Source: a virus (taxonomy: Duplodnaviria; Caudoviricetes). From it: DNA of 40,189 bases. The stretch covers positions 1 through 40,189 of the IMG/VR virus record IMGVR_UViG_3300022738_000047, one strand, 5' to 3'. The notes beneath the pieces are model-generated. The model made no database searches, had not been told where the DNA came from, and was given only the letters and a program-made list of their open reading frames with translations. Shown here one piece after another: positions 27,581 to 35,867 of the stretch. Position numbers and translations under genes: made by a program. Every line of letters begins with the position of its first letter. Position 1 is the stretch's first letter.

Positions 27581-27641
27581 ATGAAATCTCCCAATTGAGT
27601 TAACAGACGTACAGACAAAATCAGTTAATGATTGAGATTCC

Positions 27642-27713
27642 ACAATAAACAAATCGCCTAAGTTTGTATTTTTGCGCGCGCAAAAATACATGTCGCCTCG
27701 CGCGCGCGAAGAT
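27642..27713. promoter_or_regulatory. Late promoter 1 (Plys-like), apparently bidirectional
   Basis: Perfect 26-bp palindrome TGTATTTTTGCGCGCGCAAAAATACA 27665-27690; -10 TATTGT (minus, 27647-27642) and GAAGAT (plus, 27708-27713), each 21 nt from the core. Confidence 0.75.
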
Positions 27714-27744
27714 GACTGTTCACAACAACCCTGGGGAAATGGCA

Positions 27745-28020
27745 ATGAAAATACTTAGTTTGTTATTCGCGATTTGTTTTAGCTTTACGATTGGTGTGTT
27801 GGTGAGTTTTGCGTTAACGAACCCGCGCGAGGGAAAAAGAAAATGGGGAGTATTGTTTCGCTGGCAAAGCTGGTGGATTGGTGCGCATTACTCAGATTAC
27901 AACAAAAGGCTTTGCGTAAACCTAATACCATTGGTCACCATTTGGATTGCAGCGGCAGATGGGAAAGTACCCGAACAGGGATTTGATATTTACAGGAATG
28001 ATCAGACATTTTCGGGCTGA
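27745..28020 (+). CDS. Hypothetical membrane protein
   Basis: GGGGA SD; N-terminal TM; WWIGAHYS..RLCVNLIPLVTIW. Confidence 0.65.
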   Translation: MKILSLLFAICFSFTIGVLVSFALTNPREGKRKWGVLFRWQSWWIGAHYSDYNKRLCVNLIPLVTIWIAAADGKVPEQGFDIYRNDQTFSG

Positions 28021-28027
28021 GAAAAAT

Positions 28028-28420
28028 ATGCGCATCATCAATAAGATTGATCAGCATTTAATTTCAGATTATTTAAAACCTCACCCGTTTAACAAATTTA
28101 GTGAGCAACCTATCATGAATATCAAGAATGATAACGTCGTTTGGATTGAAGCAGGCAATTACGCAGAACGTGCGGCTGAATTGCGTATTGCACTGAGGAA
28201 ACCAATACCCACAGGACACAATGATTTTTGGATTCCCTTTAACACACCAAACGGCGAACCGATGGGATGGATGCGGTTTTCGTTTATAACGACCGTTTTC
28301 AATTCAACAATGTTTGGAGCCAGTGAATGGCGCCCGGCGAGCTCTCCAGCCCCCGCTGAACAAGACCTGTTACCACTTCCTGTAGCGTATGTGCCGGAAG
28401 GTTTTTCACCGCCTCTTTGA
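28028..28420 (+). CDS. Hypothetical protein
   Basis: ATG 7 nt after the previous stop; 3' 122 nt overlap the convergent gene, so the C-terminus is uncertain. Confidence 0.45.
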   Translation: MRIINKIDQHLISDYLKPHPFNKFSEQPIMNIKNDNVVWIEAGNYAERAAELRIALRKPIPTGHNDFWIPFNTPNGEPMGWMRFSFITTVFNSTMFGASEWRPASSPAPAEQDLLPLPVAYVPEGFSPPL

Positions 28421-28787
28421 GCTTGCTTTTCGTGGAGCTATTCAATTCGGATAGCTCTATTTGTGCATTCAGAATATCTTTAATCGTTTGGGCGTGAACT
28501 TTAACAAGCAATGTATTTAATTCCGCGCTTAAACCTCCATCCGGCTTCAAATAGTCCCGACCTTTGGCAGTTATTTTCGCCGTCCCCAGCGTACATTTAT
28601 TGGCACCGTCACTACTAATATGAATCGCCGCCGTAAGCATTCCCAGCTCCTGTAGATGTGCTACTTCCTGGATGACAACTTTCTTTTCAACATCGGCTAA
28701 TTCACGAAGCAAAGATGCACCTGCAACAGGTACGGGGTAAGCATCCGCGAGTACGCCTAATATTTTCTTATAGATTTCAGTATCCAT
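28299..28787 (-). CDS. Hypothetical winged-helix protein in repressor operon
   Basis: AGGAG SD; KILGVL..EVAHLQELGML..AKITAKGRDYL wHTH pattern plus helical C-terminus. Confidence 0.7.
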   Translation of the reverse strand: MDTEIYKKILGVLADAYPVPVAGASLLRELADVEKKVVIQEVAHLQELGMLTAAIHISSDGANKCTLGTAKITAKGRDYLKPDGGLSAELNTLLVKVHAQTIKDILNAQIELSELNSSTKSKLKEAVKNLPAHTLQEVVTGLVQRGLESSPGAIHWLQTLLN

Positions 28788-28837
28788 TTAAAACTCCTAT
28801 TATTTTGTTATTTCCAAGCGGCTTTCATAATGAGCTT

Positions 28838-29242
28838 CTATTTGGATTTGGTATTAGTGTTAGTTGAGTGTCTACACTGATCCCACCAGATACCATCAAA
28901 TACACCACTCCTGTCGTCCATCAGAACTGTACCGTGCTCACCACCAAAACCTACGATAAAACGTTTGAATCCCGTGTAAGCCCCATAGCTATTTTTTGCA
29001 TTCACTTCACCACACATTATAAAAACCCCGTCTCTATTTGGAACAGGATAAACAGCTTCGTTGCGAAACTCTGCACTATTAGCATCTTTAAGTTGATATT
29101 TAACCAACTCCCTGAATTCAAATTTTGAAGGCTCACTATTCGGATCATCTGGTGTGGAAGGTTGGCGAGCGCAATAGGTAATTAAGCCAAAACATAAAAT
29201 AACCAGCGCTACACGTATTAGGTTCGTCATTCCATTCTCCAT
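28838..29242 (-). CDS. Membrane-anchored periplasmic protein in repressor operon (exclusion-like)
   Basis: N-terminal hydrophobic segment; LKDANSAEFRN..CGEVNAKNSYGAYTGFKRF; abuts the repressor stop. Confidence 0.7.
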   Translation of the reverse strand: MENGMTNLIRVALVILCFGLITYCARQPSTPDDPNSEPSKFEFRELVKYQLKDANSAEFRNEAVYPVPNRDGVFIMCGEVNAKNSYGAYTGFKRFIVGFGGEHGTVLMDDRSGVFDGIWWDQCRHSTNTNTKSK

Positions 29243-29662
29243 TTATTTTTTAATCGAAAAAGCGGTAAGTGTGGCCTCAATAGCTTGCTTCTCCGCCTCT
29301 TCCAAATCACGAAATTTTTCAGCAACCTCAGCTGCTCTTAAATCATCGCTACTTGCAACATTGTACTTGCCAGGCGGCTCAATTACGGTATTTAGGTCTG
29401 CAATGCGTCGCGTGGCTTGATATACCGAAGTAAATTCGCCAGTCAAAACATAAATAATATCGATACCTAATTCTGAAAGCTTTAAAAGCTTATCGCTCGG
29501 TATGGGAATTTCTCGCTCCCAACGCCCCACAGTCTTGACGTTTACATCCAAATATTCCGCAACCTCAATCTGACTAAGGCCTTTCATCTCTCTCATTTCC
29601 TTTAAACGAAAACAGACATATATGTCCTTTTCACGGGGTTCATTATCTTGACTCATAGACAT
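29243..29662 (-). CDS. Prophage repressor, XRE HTH
   Basis: RLKEMREMKGLSQIEVAEYLDVNVKTVGRWE..GIDIIYVLTG; divergent from Ner-like gene. Start 29662 or 29656. Confidence 0.88.
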   Translation of the reverse strand: MSMSQDNEPREKDIYVCFRLKEMREMKGLSQIEVAEYLDVNVKTVGRWEREIPIPSDKLLKLSELGIDIIYVLTGEFTSVYQATRRIADLNTVIEPPGKYNVASSDDLRAAEVAEKFRDLEEAEKQAIEATLTAFSIKK

Positions 29663-29700
29663 ATATGTCCTATTATTTCCAACAACAGACAAAAATGTCC
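29614..29700. promoter_or_regulatory. Three operator dyads and early promoter
   Basis: AGACATATATGTCC at 29614-29627 and 29657-29670, AGACAAAAATGTCC at 29687-29700; TTGACT(29648)-17-TATTAT(29671) on plus strand. Confidence 0.8.
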
Positions 29701-29722
29701 ATTTTCGCAGACGAGGATGATT

Positions 29723-29947
29723 ATGAAAACCCCTCCTTATCCATCAACTCCGAAAGAAGCCCGTTTGTGGTTTCAGCGCTTCGGAATTTGTATCAGTGAG
29801 TGGTGCAAAACGCACGGGCTTGATCACGGTGCGGTCACCGATCTTTTGAGAGAAAAGTCAAAAGGAACCAGAGGTAAGTCGCACAAAGCTGCGGTTGCTT
29901 TAGGGCTCAAGGAAAACCCAAACACTTCAATCAAGAAGGCAGCGTAA
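29723..29947 (+). CDS. Ner-like DNA-binding protein (BcepMu gp16-type)
   Basis: TPKEARLWF..GICISEW..V.DLL..RGKSHKAAVALGLK; GAGG SD. Confidence 0.85.
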   Translation: MKTPPYPSTPKEARLWFQRFGICISEWCKTHGLDHGAVTDLLREKSKGTRGKSHKAAVALGLKENPNTSIKKAA

Positions 29948-29959
29948 GGAAGTAATGAA

Positions 29960-30628
29960 ATGGCTACGACCATAAATTTTGTGAATGCGGTTTTGCGATT
30001 GAAACTCGAATTGAGCTTGCAAAAGGACCAACAGGTGGCATCGATTTTAGGGTTAACAAAGTCTGCGTTCAGTGAGCGCAAAACAAGAAATGCTTTCCCA
30101 GAAGACAAGCTTCGCGCACTGGCAACAACCAGACCGGACTTAAACATTAATTTTGACTACGTGCTTTACGGCACACCAAAAGGGAGCGATGAAATGATTA
30201 GCAACAAAAGAGATATGGACGCAGCAATTTTGCGCGAACACAAAGTGATTGGCGACGTAAGCCGCCTCTCTGAGAAATACGGTGTAGGCCGCACTTACAT
30301 TTTGAAATTAATTAACGATAACCGCCTCACCCAGGAGCAATCACGCGCTACCGAAATTGCGCAAACCGTGATGCGTGCCGGTGAAGTGGTTTATGCGTTG
30401 CCCGCGAACCATTTGCAGTCTGCTGCCGGTTCACAAGCCATTGTCAACCAATTGGTAAACACCATCGCTTCAGTTGATAGCAGCATGAATGTGCTGGTAG
30501 CTATTTGCATCATCCCCGTTGAAGAAGTTGATTGCAGTGTAACGCACGCAATCGAACACCCACGCGCTACCGCTGCAGCACTGCAAGCCTGCGCCATCAA
30601 TACCGCACGTAAAAACGAGGTGGCGTGA
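29960..30628 (+). CDS. Multi-domain regulator (CI-like HTH + Mor-like HTH + unknown)
   Basis: RLK..KDQQVASILGLTKSAFSERKTRNAFP..DYVLYG; then DAAILREH..VSRLSEKYGVGRTYILKLI. Confidence 0.6.
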   Translation: MATTINFVNAVLRLKLELSLQKDQQVASILGLTKSAFSERKTRNAFPEDKLRALATTRPDLNINFDYVLYGTPKGSDEMISNKRDMDAAILREHKVIGDVSRLSEKYGVGRTYILKLINDNRLTQEQSRATEIAQTVMRAGEVVYALPANHLQSAAGSQAIVNQLVNTIASVDSSMNVLVAICIIPVEEVDCSVTHAIEHPRATAAALQACAINTARKNEVA

Positions 30629-30903
30629 TGAGCAAGCAACCCACAATAAAAATCCCTGTTGCAGGCGGCCATTGGGAATTGGGTGCACACAACCCACGCA
30701 GAAAAGGCGGCCTCAAATATTCAGCGCAATTGCACCTCACCGCAAGTGAAAAAATCGTTTGCTTCGTTTTTGCGAATGACGAGGTTGCTATTGATGACGG
30801 CTGTCTGATTCTTGACAGCACGCATATTTTTTTGGGTGGTCACGCTGACATTGTTGATGAGTTTTTAGAGCGCACAGGCGGCTACGACGGAGAAGAAGAG
30901 TAA
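30625..30903 (+). CDS. Hypothetical protein
   Basis: GAGG SD; coupled on both sides. Confidence 0.65.
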   Translation: MMSKQPTIKIPVAGGHWELGAHNPRRKGGLKYSAQLHLTASEKIVCFVFANDEVAIDDGCLILDSTHIFLGGHADIVDEFLERTGGYDGEEE

Positions 30904-31208
30904 TGGACAAAACTCGCACCACAGAATCTGGCGCACGTTTGCTGCGCGTGCTGAGCGCACTTAAGGGGTACTCGCTTACAGGTCTATCTAATAAAGATTT
31001 GGCGACAAATCTTAAAGAAAGCCCCGCAACGATTAACCGCTGCATGAACACGCTCATTGAAGAAGGCTTTGCGACGAAGCTGGAAAATGGGCGCTACACC
31101 TTGAGCGTAAAAATGCTGCAAATCGCCGTTGCACACGCAAACGAAGTTCAGCGAGCGCACGACAAGATTAATGAATTTCAACAACGCGTCATTACTGGCG
31201 CAAGATAA
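30903..31208 (+). CDS. IclR-like HTH DNA-binding protein
   Basis: RLLRVLSALKG..GLSNKDLA..SPATINRCMNTLIEEG; typical B3-type early gene. Confidence 0.8.
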   Translation: MDKTRTTESGARLLRVLSALKGYSLTGLSNKDLATNLKESPATINRCMNTLIEEGFATKLENGRYTLSVKMLQIAVAHANEVQRAHDKINEFQQRVITGAR

Positions 31209-31223
31209 TAACCGGAGTAGGAA

Positions 31224-32093
31224 ATGGCTAGAACATCTACAAAAACAAAAGCGCTTGATTCAACGAGCATTGATTCAACCGTGGTTAAAACCATTGAAAA
31301 AACTGCGAACGAAGCAGCAGCGCATTCAACACAAATAATGGCCGCATTTGGTGAAGGTTTGCCTTACGACCAATCTCGTATTGTTCATGAGGCGCGCTTC
31401 TACATGTCTACCAGTGCTGAAGCCATGCTGGAAGCTGGTAAACGTTTGGTGATTCTAAAAGAGCACGAACCACATGGTGAGTTCGTCCAGATACTGGAAA
31501 ACCAATTGGGCATGGAATCGCGCATCGCCCAAAAAATGATGCAGGCAAGCATAAAATTCCTGAATCCTCGCCTTGAGTCAAAAGCGAAATCGATTTCGCA
31601 TTTGGGCAAAACTAAGTTGTATGACCTCATGTTGTTAGATGATGAATCCATCGAAAGCCTGGCTGATGGGGGCACTGTCGCAGGCATAGATTTGGATGAC
31701 ATCGAACGTATGTCATCACGCGAACTACGCATGGCCCTGCGCGAACAAAGAGAACAGATTGCCGCAAAAGACAAAGTGATCGCAGATAAAAATAAAAAAA
31801 TCGATAAGACCAGCGAGCAATTAAAGCGCTTAAAAAAATTGCCGCCGGATGAAGACGCAGCGCAATACCGCAAAGAAGCCAGTGAATTTGCTGACGAAGT
31901 TGAGCGATTGATTCGCGTGCAACTTGCAGATTCATTTACCAACGTTCAAGTGCACGGTGAAGAAACCGCAATTGACGAAACTGACTACCTCGTAAGCCGT
32001 TTGCAACTACTGGATAAGGCCTTAACCGAACTGTACGGGCGACTTGGCATTGAGCGCAATGCTACCCCTGGCGCTGAGTGGGAAGGCGAATAG
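31224..32093 (+). CDS. DUF3102-like early protein upstream of transposase
   Basis: EAMLEAGKRLVILKEHEPHGEF..LG..R.AQKMM..MSSRELR. Confidence 0.75.
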   Translation: MARTSTKTKALDSTSIDSTVVKTIEKTANEAAAHSTQIMAAFGEGLPYDQSRIVHEARFYMSTSAEAMLEAGKRLVILKEHEPHGEFVQILENQLGMESRIAQKMMQASIKFLNPRLESKAKSISHLGKTKLYDLMLLDDESIESLADGGTVAGIDLDDIERMSSRELRMALREQREQIAAKDKVIADKNKKIDKTSEQLKRLKKLPPDEDAAQYRKEASEFADEVERLIRVQLADSFTNVQVHGEETAIDETDYLVSRLQLLDKALTELYGRLGIERNATPGAEWEGE

Positions 32094-32095
32094 TA

Positions 32096-33856
32096 ATGAA
32101 CCCTGCATTGATAGAAAAGCTACAAGCCGTTGCCCGCGCTGCCGAGGCAGCGGGCCATGGCAAGAAGATAGCTGTCTATCAACAGGCAGCAAATGAAATG
32201 GGGATTTCTCTCCAAACTTTGCAACGAAAATTAAAAGAGGTTGCTATGCCGAAGTCCCGTAAAAGAAGAACGGATGCTGGTGACACCAATCTCACGCATG
32301 ACGAAGCACGCATGATCAGCGCGTACTTGATGGAATCGCAACGCAAAAATATTAAGCGTTTGGCAGGTATTGAGGAAGCGATAGATACACTTCGCGCCGA
32401 TGGACACATAAAAGCTGAAAGGCTGTGTGAAAAAACTGGCGAATTAAAAGATTTAAGCGTTAGTGCAATCACACGCGCATTACGTTCTTACGGTTTACAT
32501 CCGGATCAACAAAACCGTCCCACCCCAAAGGTGATGATGGCGAGCCGTCATCCTAATCATGTGTGGCAATTAGACCCATCACTTTGCGTGCTTTATTACC
32601 TGCGCAGCAACAAAGGTTTGCAGGTGATGGAACAAAATGAATTCTATAAAAATAAACCGGCGAACATCGCCAAAATTGAAAAAGAACGTGTATGGCGCTA
32701 CGTCATTACTGATCATGCAAGTGGTTGGATATTTACTCACTATGTACTCGGTGCAGAAAGTGCTGTGAATTTAGTGGAAAGTTTTATTGCTGCCACACAG
32801 AAGCGTGATGCCCAGGATCCTGTGCACGGCGTGCCGCTGATAATTATGGTTGACCCAGGCTCTGCGCACATGAGTGCAGTTGCACAAAATTTATGGCGCG
32901 CTTTGGGTGTGACAGTGCAAGTCAATATGCCTGGACAACCTTGGGCCAAAGGTCAGGTTGAGAAAGGCAACGATATCGTTGAACGCAGTTTCGAACATCG
33001 TTTGAAGTTTATTAAAAATCCAATCACTACCGTAGAAGAATTAAATGTAGAAGCCGGTAAGTGGATGCGTTGGTTTAATTCTACCAAAACACATAGTCGC
33101 ACCCAGGACACTCGCTACAACGTGTGGTTACGAATTACTGCCGATCAACTTCGTATCGCACCATCACCGCAAGTGATGCGTGAACTCGCCATTAGTAAAC
33201 CCGAAGAGCGCAAAATATCTCCACAAATGACAGTAAGTTTTAAAGGAAAAACTTACAAAGTTGATTGCGTACCTACTGCCGCAGTTGGTGAAAAATTATT
33301 GATTACCCGCAACCCTTGGCGTGATGACGAAAGCGCACAAGTTATTTACACCAACGCCGAAGGTAAAGAAATTACATTCGTTATTGAAGCGGAAAAAGTC
33401 GATAACTTTGGATTCAATGAAAGCGCAGTAATGATCGGTGAAGGATACCGCGCACAACGCGATTCTCACATTGATACAGAGCGTAAAGCGGTAGAGCGTT
33501 TGCTTATGGGTGCCGACACCGATAAGGACGCACGAAAGAATCGTAAGGCCAAGGCAGTGCCTTTCGGTGGTGCTGTAGACCCAATGAAAGTTATTAACGA
33601 TCAGGCACTGCCGGACTACATCAACAAGCGTGGCACTCAAATGGATATCGCCACGCCAACCGTTGAATTTAAACCACTTACACATGCAGCAGCTGCAAAA
33701 AAATTGGCAGCAGATCCGGCCAAGTTTTGGAACGGAGCCGATCATTTTGCATGGTTGAAACAACGCTACCCAGACGGGGTGCCAGAAGAAGAATTGAGCA
33801 GCATTGCTCAACAATTGCAGCAAGTCCAAGCGGCTCCGCTGCGTTTAATTAAATAG
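32096..33856 (+). CDS. DDE transposase (MuA-like)
   Basis: RKRRTDAG; HPNHVWQLDPS (D), MVDPGS (D), AKGQVE (E). Confidence 0.93.
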   Translation: MNPALIEKLQAVARAAEAAGHGKKIAVYQQAANEMGISLQTLQRKLKEVAMPKSRKRRTDAGDTNLTHDEARMISAYLMESQRKNIKRLAGIEEAIDTLRADGHIKAERLCEKTGELKDLSVSAITRALRSYGLHPDQQNRPTPKVMMASRHPNHVWQLDPSLCVLYYLRSNKGLQVMEQNEFYKNKPANIAKIEKERVWRYVITDHASGWIFTHYVLGAESAVNLVESFIAATQKRDAQDPVHGVPLIIMVDPGSAHMSAVAQNLWRALGVTVQVNMPGQPWAKGQVEKGNDIVERSFEHRLKFIKNPITTVEELNVEAGKWMRWFNSTKTHSRTQDTRYNVWLRITADQLRIAPSPQVMRELAISKPEERKISPQMTVSFKGKTYKVDCVPTAAVGEKLLITRNPWRDDESAQVIYTNAEGKEITFVIEAEKVDNFGFNESAVMIGEGYRAQRDSHIDTERKAVERLLMGADTDKDARKNRKAKAVPFGGAVDPMKVINDQALPDYINKRGTQMDIATPTVEFKPLTHAAAAKKLAADPAKFWNGADHFAWLKQRYPDGVPEEELSSIAQQLQQVQAAPLRLIK

Positions 33857-33911
33857 GCCAAGGGCCAAACGGGTATCAAGCATTAACCCAACACTTTTAT
33901 GGAGTTAAAAC

Positions 33912-35090
33912 ATGCTGGTATTAAAAAAACGATTGAACGACAAGGGAGTGTTGCAAACAGCCCTTGCCATTCATTGCGAGGTCAGTGATGCAACTATCGC
34001 GCAATTGCTAAACCACGGCATATGGCCGAAGACAGCAAAAAAGAGCGACGCACTACGCGCAAAAATTCTTGAATTTTTAGCGGAAAAGGAAGTTGCGAAT
34101 GATGGTGTGTTTGACGTGATGACAGCGGAACCGATGAAGCACTTACAAGCGGTTCCTAAACCACTTAGCGGTAAATCAGAAAAATCAGAGTCCCAGGAGG
34201 ACGAACACATGTTGCTACGTAGACAGTCTTTAACACAAGAAGCACGACGTCATTTTAATTTAACTCGCCATCCGTTTTCTGATTTGCAATGTGTGGAAGA
34301 CATGTGGGCGAGCCCAGATATTCGTTACGTGCGTGAGAGCATGATGAGCACTGCAAAACACGGTGGATTTTTAGCGCTGGTTGGTGAAAGCGGAAGCGGT
34401 AAGTCAACAATTTTAACGGATATGGAACAGCGCATTTTAAACGAAAAATTGCCCATCACTTTAATTAAGCCTTATGTGTTAGCCGCTGAAGAAACGGATC
34501 ACAAAGGCACTATGTTAAAGAGCGCCCACGTTGCTGAATCCATCCTGCGCACATTGTCACCAAATGCACCGATGCGCATCAGCCCTGAAGCGCGCTTTCG
34601 TCAAATACACAACGCATTGAGAGATAGCCATCGCAGCGGCTACAGCAATTGCATTGTGATTGAGGAAGCTCACGCAATGCCGGTAACAAGCCTTCGTCAT
34701 TTAAAACGCATCCTGGAATTGCGCGAGGGCTTCGCATCGTTGGTGAGTGTAATTCTGATTGGTCAACCGGAATTGCTAATAAAACTTAGTGAGCGAAATG
34801 CAGACGTGCGTGAAGTTGTGCAGCGTTGCGAAGTAGTGATGCTAGTTCCAATGCGACCCGAAGGTGTGGAAGGATTTTTAGCTCATCGCTTCGGACGTGT
34901 TGGAATTAAGGTGGCTGACGTTATCGACACGAGCGGGATCAACCAATTGTGCGCGCGCTTGGTTTCTAAAGCTGGTACCAGTCAATTACATCCTTTAGCA
35001 GTCGAGAATTTTATGCTCGCGGCAATGAACATTGCAGCCAGCATTGGCACACCTGTTATCGATGCTTCAGTAATTGATGAGGTGGCGTAA
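33912..35090 (+). CDS. Transposition ATPase (MuB/ExeA-like AAA) with N-terminal HTH
   Basis: Walker A GESGSGKS, Walker B IVIEEAH, ILIGQPEL, EVVQR. Confidence 0.92.
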   Translation: MLVLKKRLNDKGVLQTALAIHCEVSDATIAQLLNHGIWPKTAKKSDALRAKILEFLAEKEVANDGVFDVMTAEPMKHLQAVPKPLSGKSEKSESQEDEHMLLRRQSLTQEARRHFNLTRHPFSDLQCVEDMWASPDIRYVRESMMSTAKHGGFLALVGESGSGKSTILTDMEQRILNEKLPITLIKPYVLAAEETDHKGTMLKSAHVAESILRTLSPNAPMRISPEARFRQIHNALRDSHRSGYSNCIVIEEAHAMPVTSLRHLKRILELREGFASLVSVILIGQPELLIKLSERNADVREVVQRCEVVMLVPMRPEGVEGFLAHRFGRVGIKVADVIDTSGINQLCARLVSKAGTSQLHPLAVENFMLAAMNIAASIGTPVIDASVIDEVA

Positions 35091-35329
35091 TGGACTATCA
35101 ATTCAATGACGGCGATAAGGTTTCGTATGTTGTTGCTTCAGCGGCTGGACGCGGAATTAGATTTTCAGCACGCGAAGGAAAAATTGAAAGCATTGCCGGT
35201 GACTACGCAATTGTTAAATCAAAGCAAGGCCGTAAAAGCCGAATCAAACTTTCAAACATGCGACCTGCACATGTTCCAAATGCATTGACTGAAGCGTTTA
35301 CCAAATCGGTTGCGGGAGGTGCGTTGTGA
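35090..35329 (+). CDS. Hypothetical protein (SH3/KOW-like)
   Basis: GAGG SD, coupled; FNDGDKVSY..EGKIESI. Confidence 0.65.
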   Translation: MDYQFNDGDKVSYVVASAAGRGIRFSAREGKIESIAGDYAIVKSKQGRKSRIKLSNMRPAHVPNALTEAFTKSVAGGAL

Positions 35330-35613
35330 GTGCTCAACCTTCAATTTTATTAAGCCGCGCTGATTCGGTTGCTGTTTGTTTGAAGGAACTCGAATCAGTT
35401 GGCCACAAAGCTGAGTCGTTAGTGATCACAGAAAGCTACGCGCTGATAACGATTTTAAATCGCCCTAATGCAAAAAGTTTACATGGCTGCTATCGCGGCA
35501 TCTTAGGTAATGGATCGGGTCGCATGGCTCTGTACGAAATCAAAATGCACGATGTTTTTGTTCAATGGCGTGTTCCCTATTTTGATGCACAACGTAGCGC
35601 GAGGATTAGTTGA
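35326..35613 (+). CDS. Hypothetical protein
   Basis: GGAGG SD; GTGA coupling. Confidence 0.65.
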   Translation: MSAQPSILLSRADSVAVCLKELESVGHKAESLVITESYALITILNRPNAKSLHGCYRGILGNGSGRMALYEIKMHDVFVQWRVPYFDAQRSARIS

Positions 35614-35867
35614 TGGATACTCACTCAGGTTACAAAAAGGCGGATCTGCAGGCCGCACAACAAATGCTGCACACGCACATTGCAAAGTTGTATCAGGCTA
35701 TTGAGGACAACCAATATCCCAATGCATGCAGCGCGATACGTGCGATTGAAGATGAGTGCAAAAATGCTTCGCGTATTGCAATGGTGCTCAGCTACAACTC
35801 GCGTAACAACTACCAACCTCCACGTATTCCGCGCGGAGGAATTACTGAGGGTTTAAATCGTGGATAA
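35610..35867 (+). CDS. Hypothetical protein
   Basis: GAGG SD; coupled. Confidence 0.65.
   Translation: MMDTHSGYKKADLQAAQQMLHTHIAKLYQAIEDNQYPNACSAIRAIEDECKNASRIAMVLSYNSRNNYQPPRIPRGGITEGLNRG

Noticed and set aside
27698-27709. CG alternating run as a Z-DNA element
   Set aside because: Short and explained as the spacer of the plus-strand promoter; no independent support.
27583-27745. N-terminal extensions in the ORF track (holin from 27745, plus ORF from 27664; likewise protease 19488, capsid 17861, gpF 21009)
   Set aside because: They run through promoter palindromes or upstream genes; the identical MYFCARKN on both strands is an artefact of the palindrome. Downstream starts fit SD or TSS evidence better.
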